Shown: positions 1 through 8,648 of the stretch, in pieces
Position numbering within the stretch: the stretch's first letter is position 1
How the letters are laid out: each line of letters opens with the position of its first letter
Assembly: GCA_963666565.1 (NCBI GenBank)
Contig: OY762911.1
Span: 4,544,001-4,608,000 of the forward strand
Source of the DNA: Thermoanaerobaculia bacterium
GTDB lineage: Bacteria; Acidobacteriota; Thermoanaerobaculia; Multivoradales; Multivoraceae
Reading direction: 5' to 3'
Length of the DNA stretch: 64,000 bases
Program-made: the position numbers and the translations under genes
The notes under the pieces: generated by a model
What the model saw: the letters and a program-made list of their open reading frames with translations, nothing else
Database searches by the model: none
What the model was told of the DNA's origin: nothing

Positions 1-585
1 GGCGAGCAACTCGACCATCGGCTCGACCTGCGGATCCGTGCTGTCCGCCAAAGAGCCCAAGCGGCTCAAGTCAAAGCCAAGTCCGTTGCTCTGGACTCTG
101 AGCGCTTGCCCAGAAAGCCCGTCCGAAATCCGTTCCGCAGTGGGCTGAACTTCGGCATGCACACGCAGCAGGCGGGAGAACAGTGTCAGGCCTTGCGGTG
201 CAGGCGGATCAAACGGCGCATGCTCGACCTTCTCTCCATCATCGAGTTGCAGATCGGTAACGGTCGACGAGAGCGTCCAAGAGTAGGGATGGCCACGGGT
301 CGCCCGAACTCGTGCGCGGAAGTCCTGCCAAGAGACGTGCCGGCCAAATCGACCCACTCCTTGTCGCTCGTCCGCAAGCGGCATGTCCCGGAGCACCTCC
401 TTACTTGGCCAAGAGGCGACGAGGGCCGAAACCGGGTCAATGTCCTCAGCAGCAAGGACCGCCACCGCCGTTGTCCCCGAGGTCCAGCCAAGCCGAATCC
501 TCGAATCCAACACCGTGGTCCCAACAGCCGCCAACCAGCCGTTGAGCCAAGAGGCCTGCAAGCCGGGACACTCAACGCGGTTCAT
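1..585 (-). CDS. csb3: Type I-G CRISPR large subunit Csb3/Cas8u-like, 3' end runs off the window
   Basis: Not in the ORF track; translated by hand. ATG at 585 overlaps the cas3 stop (ATGA). Frame is open to position 1: MNRVECPGLQASWLNGWLAAVG...LGFDLSRLG...VEPMVELLA. Position after cas3 fits the csb1-csb2-cas3-csb3 layout. Confidence 0.75.
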   Translation of the reverse strand, partial: MNRVECPGLQASWLNGWLAAVGTTVLDSRIRLGWTSGTTAVAVLAAEDIDPVSALVASWPSKEVLRDMPLADERQGVGRFGRHVSWQDFRARVRATRGHPYSWTLSSTVTDLQLDDGEKVEHAPFDPPAPQGLTLFSRLLRVHAEVQPTAERISDGLSGQALRVQSNGLGFDLSRLGSLADSTDPQVEPMVELLA

Positions 586-3407
586 GCGCCCGACCCCCTA
601 CCACTGCCGACGCCTCCGGAAGATACGGCGTGGTCGGCCTGCCTGAGGACGGCTTCGAGGAGGGCAAGCCCCCACGGCCCGAATCGATCGTTCAAGCGCC
701 CGAACCGGGCCGGCTGATCCCAGTCGACAATGGACAGATCCGCCCCTGCTTCGACCCGCACACCGTCAAACAGCGCGGACACACGGCCTGCCGTGCCGTC
801 GCCGACCGGCAGGACTAGCGGGCGCCCTCGACCGTGGTGACTGACGATCAGGTGCAGAAGAAGGTCGACTTCCCACGAACCGCAGACAGAGGGCTGTGAC
901 CGGAGCCAATCTCTCGCCAGACGTAAGGAGAGTTCTTCGTGGCGGCCTCCCCTGGGCCACCCGGCAGCTGCTCTCCTGGGCTCCCAAAGGTGACGCGGCG
1001 TCGCCGACTTCGCAACAAGAGCGCCGCCCTTCTCCCGGTCGGGGACGAGCCACCGTTGAAACCGCAGGTCCGCCTTGCCCACGTCATGCCACGAACCGGC
1101 TCTCTCAAGGACCTCAGCAAGCTCGGCGGCGACGCCGATGTGTTCGGCGATCGAACGCGCCTGACCTGCAACCGCGCGGCCGTGAAGCGCAAGGTCGACG
1201 GCCGCTATGGCGAGCGACCTCTCGTCGCGCTCGTCGCTCGGCCGTTCCGCGGGAGCACCGCTCCTGGGCAGGCGAGAAACCTCGTGCGCGCTCGACGCTA
1301 CCCGCCTGTCCAGGGAGGCGAGGAAACCGCTCCATTCCTGCTCGGTCCATCCTGGCGGCAGGACCTCCTCAAGATGATCGAGAATCTGTTCGACCGCCTC
1401 CACACGTTCATCGTCGTCGACGCCCTCATCGTCATCGGAAACGCCCAAGGCGACGTTCACGAGGCTGGTCAGCTCGACGCCGCAAAGCCGGCGCAGCGCT
1501 GACGCGTCGAGCGGCAGTCCGCGATCCACCAAGGAGACATCGACAACGGGCGCCGTGGACGACGGGTTCCAGCCGAACTCGTCGATCAAGCCCCGGTCTG
1601 AAGGCAAGACACACGTATCCCCGGGTCTCAGGCCGCTGATGGACACCATCTCGACCGTGACGCGGTCGGAACGCAGGCGGCAGAGTTCCTCGTCCTCACC
1701 CAGAGCTTCCCTCGCCTCGCCGATCGGTACCTGAACGGCCTCCCGGTCGGTAGCCCTAGGCCACAACGACTCGCCTTCGCCCGGAACATGGGCCCTCCAA
1801 AGCAGCGACACCGAGAAGTCCGGGCAGGCGATCCCGGAGAAGTACGGTTCCACCGGCGCTTCGCCTTCGGGCGGCGTGGTCGTCTTCGTCCACTCCCACA
1901 GCAGCGCGGGCAGCACCTCGGGCGCCCGCCCCGGGTCGTCGCCCGGCGGGCCGAGAGTCTTCGAAACCTGACGAGGCGACAGATCGACTGCCGCTGACCT
2001 GCCGCCGTCCAGGGCCGATTCCAGTCTCCCCAGAACACGGGCGGGCTCTTCGTCATAGACCGGCCACACCTCAACCGAACCGGTCGCGCCGCGACGGCGC
2101 TTCGGCGACTTCGACGGAGGCAGATGGACGTAGACGCCGCGTGCCTGCGGATACCGGCCCAGCCGGTTCAACCTGCCGAGTCGCTGCGTCAATGCCCGTA
2201 CGCCGCAGGCCTCCGTGACCAGATACTCCGCGTCGACGTCGGCGCCGACTTCCAGAGTCTGGGTCGCGACAACGACCAGGTGACGCTTTCTCGCCCTGGC
2301 AGCGTCGCGCTTCGACGCCATGCCGTGGACCGGGTCGAGGATCTGCTGCCGGATCTTCTCCGCCTCCCGCTCACGGGATCGACCGGTCAGCAACCGAATG
2401 TCGGCGAAACCGCTGGCCGTCTTGTTCCGGAGAAGCTCGAACGCCGCCCTCGCCTGCCTGGGCGTGTTGGCGAACACGAGGCAACTGGCCTTGGCTGGCG
2501 CCTCGGGGAGCAGCTCAAGGGCCGCTTCCGCCAGCAGCTTCGCGACATCGCCGCTCTTGCGGGCTCGCACTTCGACCGGCTTCGCCGCGTCCAGGCGCTT
2601 CTTCACGACATCGTGCGCCAGATCGTCGGACCCAAGGTCGAACCGCTCCGTTTCGCCGGCGTCTCCGGTCGCCGTGAGCGCCACGACCCTCGGCCTTGAA
2701 CGACACTCGCCGAGGATCGCCCGAGCCCGGGGAGTGCATTCCTCCAGGGCCGGTATCAGCTTCTGAAGGTGGGTCGCCAGGTGCGCTTCGTCAACGAGAA
2801 CGAGACTGTCGGTACCCGCAAGCGCTGCGTCGACCGGACGCATGGAGCGCGATGACCCGTAGCCGCGGAACAACAGCCGCGATCCGTACATGGGTACCGT
2901 GGCCAGAAGCACTGCGGGCTTCGACGGATCCGTCGGCCGGCGCGAAACGACGCCGCCCCGGAGACGGATGACGTCCAGCGGGTCGCCGTCCTGACCGGCT
3001 GAGAGCGAGGAAAGCCGCTCGGCTACGGCGGCAACAGCTTCAAGGGACTCGCCACGAAGCCCGGCCCGGTCCGGACTCCGGAGCTTGTCCAGAATCGCAT
3101 CGGCATGATCGGCGGTGGAATCGACGAGCAGGCGCCGGTTGACGATCCACCAGATCCGGGTCGGGGCGGTGCGGTCGGCGGGCGCGCAATCGGCCTGTGA
3201 CGCGAGCCACCAGATCGCAATGTCGAGACAGGCCGTCTTCCCGAGGCCCGTCGGTACGCCTATCTCGGCCGGCCACCCTTCCGAGGCCACGAGACGCGCC
3301 AACCGGTCCTGCCAGGGGAAGGGATCCCGCCCGTTGACCGCGCTATAGAAGGCGGTAAAGGACGGCATGGCGGCGGAACCCGGCCGGACCGGCACGGTCC
3401 TCGCCAC
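582..3407 (-). CDS. cas3: Type I-G Cas3 helicase-nuclease with C-terminal HD domain
   Basis: SF2 motifs PTGLGKT, DEAH, TAT, ATQTLEVGAD and QRLGRLNR. C-terminal HD motifs WHDVGKAD, RHEELS, SHHG and QADH; a C-terminal HD domain is typical of I-U/I-G. Confidence 0.95.
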   Translation of the reverse strand: MARTVPVRPGSAAMPSFTAFYSAVNGRDPFPWQDRLARLVASEGWPAEIGVPTGLGKTACLDIAIWWLASQADCAPADRTAPTRIWWIVNRRLLVDSTADHADAILDKLRSPDRAGLRGESLEAVAAVAERLSSLSAGQDGDPLDVIRLRGGVVSRRPTDPSKPAVLLATVPMYGSRLLFRGYGSSRSMRPVDAALAGTDSLVLVDEAHLATHLQKLIPALEECTPRARAILGECRSRPRVVALTATGDAGETERFDLGSDDLAHDVVKKRLDAAKPVEVRARKSGDVAKLLAEAALELLPEAPAKASCLVFANTPRQARAAFELLRNKTASGFADIRLLTGRSREREAEKIRQQILDPVHGMASKRDAARARKRHLVVVATQTLEVGADVDAEYLVTEACGVRALTQRLGRLNRLGRYPQARGVYVHLPPSKSPKRRRGATGSVEVWPVYDEEPARVLGRLESALDGGRSAAVDLSPRQVSKTLGPPGDDPGRAPEVLPALLWEWTKTTTPPEGEAPVEPYFSGIACPDFSVSLLWRAHVPGEGESLWPRATDREAVQVPIGEAREALGEDEELCRLRSDRVTVEMVSISGLRPGDTCVLPSDRGLIDEFGWNPSSTAPVVDVSLVDRGLPLDASALRRLCGVELTSLVNVALGVSDDDEGVDDDERVEAVEQILDHLEEVLPPGWTEQEWSGFLASLDRRVASSAHEVSRLPRSGAPAERPSDERDERSLAIAAVDLALHGRAVAGQARSIAEHIGVAAELAEVLERAGSWHDVGKADLRFQRWLVPDREKGGALVAKSATPRHLWEPRRAAAGWPRGGRHEELSLRLARDWLRSQPSVCGSWEVDLLLHLIVSHHGRGRPLVLPVGDGTAGRVSALFDGVRVEAGADLSIVDWDQPARFGRLNDRFGPWGLALLEAVLRQADHAVSSGGVGSGRGSGA

Positions 3408-4861
3408 TACCGGCCCCTCTCACCGTCGCCGGTCGCCTGTGCCGGGACGCAGAGGCCAAACCCCCGCTGGCGTCCCGAGCCGATGACGACCGGCCCGCGA
3501 ATCGGCTCCTTGAACCAAAGCTCGACATGCGAGTAGGGCAGCCTTGGCCTGCCCGGCCGATTCACCTCCACCGGCGCCAGGTCGACGGCCCCGCGAACCA
3601 ATGGACCACGGGTCGACCGGAACGCCAGAGGCGCGGGCAAACCAGCGTGCCGGCACCACCGCGACAGTTCCGCGAGAGTCACGGGGCCCCGCCGTTCGTG
3701 GATGGCCGGAAAGACCGTCACCCAACCCCGCGAGGAGCGAGTCCAGCGCGACGGATTCGCGGCCAGAGGGCGTTCGGTGCCGTCGTGAGGCGAAACGCGC
3801 ACGTCAACGCCGCCGCCGGTCAGTCTCCGGACGGCGAGCGCGGCGTCGCGACAACGCCGCCGCTCGATCGACTCCTGTTCCGGCGGGAGCCAAAGCGCGA
3901 GACCGAAGATGCGGCCCCGGGACCGGGGGAATCCGGCATCCGGCAGAGCAAGAAACCGGGCAATGTCATAGCCACGTTCGGCGAATCCGTGACCGTGCAG
4001 CACTGGCAGCGGCTCGCCGAAAAGGCCCTGGTACCTGCTCAGCGTGGCCTTCTTGAAAAGCGCGGTGACGTCCGAAACGCGGCGGCCCGAAACCGGGGTC
4101 CGCAGTCGGAGCCAGGCGACGACGCCTCCTCGGTCCGGCGTCGTGCTGAAGCTGAGTCGGGGCGACCTGTAGCTCTCCTCGTGGCGCAGCGCCGGGTATT
4201 GGGACCGCGCCACGGAGGCGCCGCGGTCGACCCAGGCGTCGTACATCGCGTCGAGGATGGACAGGTCGCCTTCCGCGGGCACGGCGATCGCCAGATCGCC
4301 GTCGGGGTCCGGAGTGAAGGCGGCGGTCCCGCCGTCCAGGCCGGGAGGCCGGGTCAGCACTCGCAGTCTTGCCGGCGAGTCCGATGTCCCGAAGTAGCCG
4401 ACCCGGGCAGCGCGAAGCCGAAGCGCATCGACGATCGGCGCGGCTGGCGTCTGGGCTTCCCAAATGTAGGTGATCCGGGGAACCCGAGGCGCAACGCGGA
4501 CCCCCGGGCGAACCTCGGCACTTTTACGCCCGACATACTCTTGGTATGCGGTCGTCTCTCCCGTGCGCTGGTGCCTAAAGAACCGGCGCGAGTGTTTCAC
4601 CACGAATCGGGGCAAGAGTTCTTGGTGCTGCGGGTCCGGATCGGCGTGGATGACCGGCGGCGGCAGGCGCTCGAACCACGTCAGTTCGGCACCGTCGGTG
4701 ACGCGGCATCTCGTCCCAGTGCCGTCAGCGGCCACCAGCGCGGCGAAGAGTCTCGACGGCGATGGCGGCCATTCTCCCTGGGTCAGGAGACCGGTGCTCG
4801 AGGCGCCGCTGCCATCTCCGCGGAACGTCCCGTGCAGCAGATCGACCGAGATGGCGAACAT
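3407..4861 (-). CDS. csb2: Type I-G Csb2 (Cas5/Cas6 fusion)
   Basis: Likely start MFAISVDLLHG at 4861, just after the csb1 stop. EWPPSPSRLFAALVA motif and C-terminal G-loop IGSGRQRGFGLC. Confidence 0.92.
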   Translation of the reverse strand: MFAISVDLLHGTFRGDGSGASSTGLLTQGEWPPSPSRLFAALVAADGTGTRCRVTDGAELTWFERLPPPVIHADPDPQHQELLPRFVVKHSRRFFRHQRTGETTAYQEYVGRKSAEVRPGVRVAPRVPRITYIWEAQTPAAPIVDALRLRAARVGYFGTSDSPARLRVLTRPPGLDGGTAAFTPDPDGDLAIAVPAEGDLSILDAMYDAWVDRGASVARSQYPALRHEESYRSPRLSFSTTPDRGGVVAWLRLRTPVSGRRVSDVTALFKKATLSRYQGLFGEPLPVLHGHGFAERGYDIARFLALPDAGFPRSRGRIFGLALWLPPEQESIERRRCRDAALAVRRLTGGGVDVRVSPHDGTERPLAANPSRWTRSSRGWVTVFPAIHERRGPVTLAELSRWCRHAGLPAPLAFRSTRGPLVRGAVDLAPVEVNRPGRPRLPYSHVELWFKEPIRGPVVIGSGRQRGFGLCVPAQATGDGERGR

Positions 4862-4862
4862 C

Positions 4863-6071
4863 TCAGTCCGCGAGGTCGGGCCACGTAGCTCGAATGACCT
4901 TGCGGAGGTCCTCCTTGGGTGTGAGAACGACCGGCTCTTCGCGCCAGCCGTCGAGGGGCACGCCCGCGGACTCCGCGTGTTCCACGGAATCCAACAGCAA
5001 AGCTGCCGCCCCATCGGCATCGCCGAGTGCGCACTCATCGTCGCCCCCGTCCCCAAGCCACGTCACCGTGGACCGCGTCGGTCGAAGGTCGGCGCCCGAC
5101 CGGAGCGCGAAACTGCCGCCGAACGCGTGCATATGGGCGTACAGGCCCAGGGCGACAAGAAGCGCGCGCGAGGCCGCGTCCGCGCCTGCGGAGTAACCGG
5201 CCCCGAGACTCACTCGCCGCAACTGAGCGAAGGAAACGGTGGCCCGCTGACTCACCCGGGCAAAGGAAATCGCAGCGGCTGCTGGCTGGTCATCATCCTG
5301 TCCGCCCATGAACGGGATCTGGCCGTGACCGATCTTCGACAGCTTGCCACCCTTCTTACCCGGCTTGCTGCCTTCGCGGATTCTCCACTTGGTCTGATCG
5401 CTATCCTGGTGCTCAACCGCTTCGTCCACGTTGAGATTCAGCGCATCGCCTTTCAGGCCAAGGACTCTCGTATCCGTCGAGGCGGGTTTCCATCCCACGA
5501 TCTCCGACACCCACGCACGGGCGTGTTTCGTGTTGTGGCGCTTCTTGCCCAGATGCGACTGCCAGAATCCGTACAGCAACGCCTGAGGGAACCACGCCAT
5601 CAGGGGCCCAGCCTCCTGTGCGGTGGCGCCGAAGATCGACTTCCCCACCTCCGTCCTGATGAAGTCCTCGTCGCCGAGCCTGGCGTCCCTGAGGTAGGCG
5701 TCGGCGTTGCGGTGCGGAAACTCCAGACTCGACAGCCGCCTCGGAAGATGGGCCGGCAGATTCGGCAGACTCGACAAGTCGAGAACGAACTCCGGCACCG
5801 GCACCCGGTCCCGGTTCCGGCGCAGCGCGTCCTCAAGACGGTTCGCCTGCGACGGCACGTTGTCGATCACGATGACCGGCGTGGGTCCGTCGTCGTCAGG
5901 AGAGCCCCAACGCGTGTCTTTCTGGTACCTGCCGCCTTCGTACACGGCGGGCTTCACTGGACCGCCCGGGCCCGCCAGAGGAGTCAGTTCCGTGTCGATG
6001 CGGATGCCGGCTTCAAAGGAGTCGTCGGCACAAGCCGAGAGCAGTGAGTTCAGCTCGATCATGCGTTCCAT
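4863..6071 (-). CDS. csb1: Type I-G Csb1 (Cas7 backbone)
   Basis: Motifs VKPAVY, IDNVPSQANRLE, HRNADAYLR, PQALLYGFWQS and LRSGADL. Confidence 0.93.
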   Translation of the reverse strand: MERMIELNSLLSACADDSFEAGIRIDTELTPLAGPGGPVKPAVYEGGRYQKDTRWGSPDDDGPTPVIVIDNVPSQANRLEDALRRNRDRVPVPEFVLDLSSLPNLPAHLPRRLSSLEFPHRNADAYLRDARLGDEDFIRTEVGKSIFGATAQEAGPLMAWFPQALLYGFWQSHLGKKRHNTKHARAWVSEIVGWKPASTDTRVLGLKGDALNLNVDEAVEHQDSDQTKWRIREGSKPGKKGGKLSKIGHGQIPFMGGQDDDQPAAAAISFARVSQRATVSFAQLRRVSLGAGYSAGADAASRALLVALGLYAHMHAFGGSFALRSGADLRPTRSTVTWLGDGGDDECALGDADGAAALLLDSVEHAESAGVPLDGWREEPVVLTPKEDLRKVIRATWPDLAD

Positions 6072-6113
6072 GTGGGGGGTCTTTCATTACAGAGAGATAG
6101 CACGCGACGCCGG

Positions 6114-6143
6114 AACATACTTGAGCATGGGCGCATAGGTCAA
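6114..6143 (-). promoter_or_regulatory. Putative sigma70 promoter of the cas operon
   Basis: TTGACC-N18-TATGTT on the minus strand upstream of csb1. Confidence 0.45.
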
Positions 6144-6215
6144 GAAGCGGTCGGGAGCCGCCACGGCCTTCCAGTGAGGTCCGCCAACGCGGACTCGCCT
6201 CGAACACCGCATACA

Positions 6216-6244
6216 TTGCGGCGCGTAACGCATCGCGCTACAGT
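6216..6244 (+). promoter_or_regulatory. higBA promoter with overlapping operator-like palindrome
   Basis: TTGCGG-N17-TACAGT, 7 nt before GTG 6252. Imperfect palindrome GTAACGC-ATC-GCGCTAC (6225-6241) overlaps the -10 box. Confidence 0.55.
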
Positions 6245-6251
6245 TGCAACG

Positions 6252-6524
6252 GTGAGGATCAGGCACAAGGGGCTTCGGGCACTGCATGAGCGAGATGATC
6301 GGTCCCGACTTCCCGCGGCCTTCGTGCCTCGGCTGAGGCGCATCCTCTTCCGGCTGCATGAGGCAGACCACCCGCAAAGCGCCGATGCACCGGGCTTCCG
6401 GCTTCATCCGTTGAAGGGCGACCGTTCTGGCCAGTGGAGTGTACGCGTCTCCGGCAACTGGCGGGTCGTGTTCCGATTCGAGGATGGCGAAGCCGTGGAC
6501 GTGGACCTGATCGACTACCACTAG
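6252..6524 (+). CDS. higB: HigB (RelE/ParE family) toxin
   Basis: MRIRHKGLRAL...PGFRLHPLKGDRSGQWSVRVSGNWRVVFRFEDGEAVDVDLIDYH; toxin-first order with the adjacent antitoxin. Confidence 0.92.
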   Translation: MRIRHKGLRALHERDDRSRLPAAFVPRLRRILFRLHEADHPQSADAPGFRLHPLKGDRSGQWSVRVSGNWRVVFRFEDGEAVDVDLIDYH

Positions 6525-6545
6525 CGCGAGAGGAGAGAACCCACG

Positions 6546-6893
6546 ATGAACAAGCGAGAGAACGATCGTGTCGGCCCAATGGTGAACCCTCCGCATCTGG
6601 GCGAGCTCATTCGCGAGAGCATGGACGACGTCGGATGGAACGTCACCGAGACGGCGGCCCGACTGGGCTGCGAACGTGGAACTCTCTCGCGCCTGCTGAA
6701 CGGCAGGGCGGGTGTCTCCGCCAAGATGGCGCTGGCGCTCGAGGACATCGGTTGGGGAACCGCCGTCCATTGGATGCGGATGCAGGCCAGCTACGACCTG
6801 GCGCAGGCGCGGCGCTTGCGAGCAACCGCACGAGGCGCTACGACGGCCCAACTCCAAACGCCTCGAACCGCCCCCGCAACGGCACGCTCGTGA
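6546..6893 (+). CDS. higA: HigA family HTH antitoxin
   Basis: NPPHLGELIRE...LSRLLNGRAGVSAKMALAL...WMRMQASYDL; RBS AGGAG upstream. Confidence 0.92.
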   Translation: MNKRENDRVGPMVNPPHLGELIRESMDDVGWNVTETAARLGCERGTLSRLLNGRAGVSAKMALALEDIGWGTAVHWMRMQASYDLAQARRLRATARGATTAQLQTPRTAPATARS

Positions 6894-7014
6894 CGCCGCG
6901 CGGTCGGCGTCTCATGTACCATCGTCCCTCTGCCGCGGTTTCCCCGCACGGGGCGACTGCCGACGGGAGAACGGAACGACGGTAACGGAATCGAAGACCG
7001 GGAGCACCTCCTTC

Positions 7015-7305
7015 TTGACCGAATCGGACGCGGCAGTGCGGCTTGAAGCGATCCGTCGCGAGATGCGCGCCGAGCGCGCGCGGGACCACGCGGAACTGCG
7101 TGGCGAACTCCGCGCCGAGATGGGGGAGCTGCGCGGCGAACTCCGCGCCGAGATGGGCGAACTCCGCGGCGAGATAGCCGAACTCCGCGGCGAGATTCGC
7201 GGCGACATGGAGAAGCTCCGCGCCGACCTCACCTGGCGCATGCTGCTCGTGGTGGGCGCCTTGCTGGCCGTCGCGACGGCGCTGGACCGGCTGCTGCTGG
7301 CCTGA
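7015..7305 (+). CDS. Small coiled-coil protein with C-terminal membrane anchor (DUF1640/CCDC90-like); start uncertain
   Basis: ELRGELRAEMG repeats followed by LTWRMLLVVGALLAVATAL. Confidence 0.65.
   Translation: MTESDAAVRLEAIRREMRAERARDHAELRGELRAEMGELRGELRAEMGELRGEIAELRGEIRGDMEKLRADLTWRMLLVVGALLAVATALDRLLLA
7093..7210 (+). repeat. In-frame 33/21-bp tandem repeats encoding the coiled coil
   Basis: GAACT(C/G)CG(C/T)GGCGAACTCCGCGCCGAGATGGG-like units repeated. Confidence 0.8.
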
Positions 7306-7397
7306 CCCTCGCGGCGGCGGTCGCCGCGCCGACTTCATCCATCGAGGCGATCGCACCGGACGGCGCACGGGAGCTCCGGCGAGGCTACAATCGCCGA

Positions 7398-8624
7398 ATG
7401 TCCGAGACGCCTTCGCCCGAGCCCGGCCCCGGCGGCCCGCTCGAGGGCATCCGGGTCCTCGACTTCACGAGTTTCATCGCCGGTTCCTACGGCGCCATGC
7501 TGCTCGGCGACATGGGCGCGGACGTTCTGAAGATCGAGTCGCCGGGCGGCGACAACGCCCGCCACTGGGGGCCGTTCATCGAGGGCGAGAGCCGGATGTT
7601 CCAGGCCTGGAACCGGAACAAGCGCGGCCTCTCCGTCGACCTGAAGACGGAGCAGGGCCGGCAGGTGATCTACGACCTCGCCCGGAACGCCGACGTGGCG
7701 ATGGAGAACTTCCGCCCCGGCGTCGCCGCGAGGCTCGGCATCGACTACGAGACCCTCAGCCGCTACAACCCGGGGCTGGTCTACGCCTCGTCGAGCGCGT
7801 TCGGCGGCAGCGGCCCATACGCCCAGCGGCCCGGCTACGACCCGGTCCTCCAGTCGATGGCCGGCGCCGCTCACCTGCAGCAGCTCATGAACGGCGTCGC
7901 CGCGATCTGCCCGGTCGCGGTGTCCGACTACATGGCGGCGGTGCTCACCGTCTGTTCGATCAACGCCGCCCTTCTCCACCGCGAACGCACCGGCGAGGGC
8001 CAGTACATCGAGACCTCTCTGCTGCAGGCGATCATGACCGCCCAGGCGCAGTCCTACCTCCAGCCGCTCGAAGCCGAGATCACGGGGCCGCCCGGCATCT
8101 TCCCCTACCGGATGTTCGCCGCCGCCGACGGGCCGATCTTCATCGCCGCCGGCACGGACAAGTTCTGGCGGCTGTTCTGCGAGGCGATCGGCCGCGGCGA
8201 TCTCGCCGAGGACCCGCGCTACCGGACGAACCCGCAGCGCGTCGGCAGCGCCGCCGAACTGAGCGCCGAGATCGATCCGATCGTGGCGCGGAGACCGGCA
8301 CGGGAACTGGAGGCGGAACTGGTCGCGGTCGGCGTTCCCTGCGCCGCGGTGCGTTCGGCCGAGGAGTTCTTCGACGATCCCCAGGTCGAGGCGATGGCGA
8401 TGAGCCAGGTCGTCCGGCACCCGCAGCTCGGCGCCCTGCGCATGGCGGGCGTTCCCTGGCGTTTCTCGCGGACGCCGGGCGCGATTCGCAGGCCCGCTCC
8501 GCAACTCGGCGAGCACACGGACGAAGTCCTCGCGGAACTGGGCTACAACGACGAACGGATCGCGGCGCTGCGGACCTCCGGCGCCATCCGCGGCGCCCCG
8601 GCCGACGCCGGCGGCGGTTCCTGA
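7398..8624 (+). CDS. CaiB/BaiF family III CoA transferase
   Basis: PLEGIRVLDF, LGDMGADVLKIE, NRNKRG, ENFRPG, GYD and APQLGEHT motifs. Confidence 0.93.
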   Translation: MSETPSPEPGPGGPLEGIRVLDFTSFIAGSYGAMLLGDMGADVLKIESPGGDNARHWGPFIEGESRMFQAWNRNKRGLSVDLKTEQGRQVIYDLARNADVAMENFRPGVAARLGIDYETLSRYNPGLVYASSSAFGGSGPYAQRPGYDPVLQSMAGAAHLQQLMNGVAAICPVAVSDYMAAVLTVCSINAALLHRERTGEGQYIETSLLQAIMTAQAQSYLQPLEAEITGPPGIFPYRMFAAADGPIFIAAGTDKFWRLFCEAIGRGDLAEDPRYRTNPQRVGSAAELSAEIDPIVARRPARELEAELVAVGVPCAAVRSAEEFFDDPQVEAMAMSQVVRHPQLGALRMAGVPWRFSRTPGAIRRPAPQLGEHTDEVLAELGYNDERIAALRTSGAIRGAPADAGGGS

Positions 8625-8648
8625 CCCACGGCCGTTCTCCGTCATGAC

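Noticed and set aside
4862-5056. N-terminal extension of Csb2 in the ORF track
   Set aside because: It overlaps the csb1 3' end; the family-like N-terminus begins at ATG 4861.
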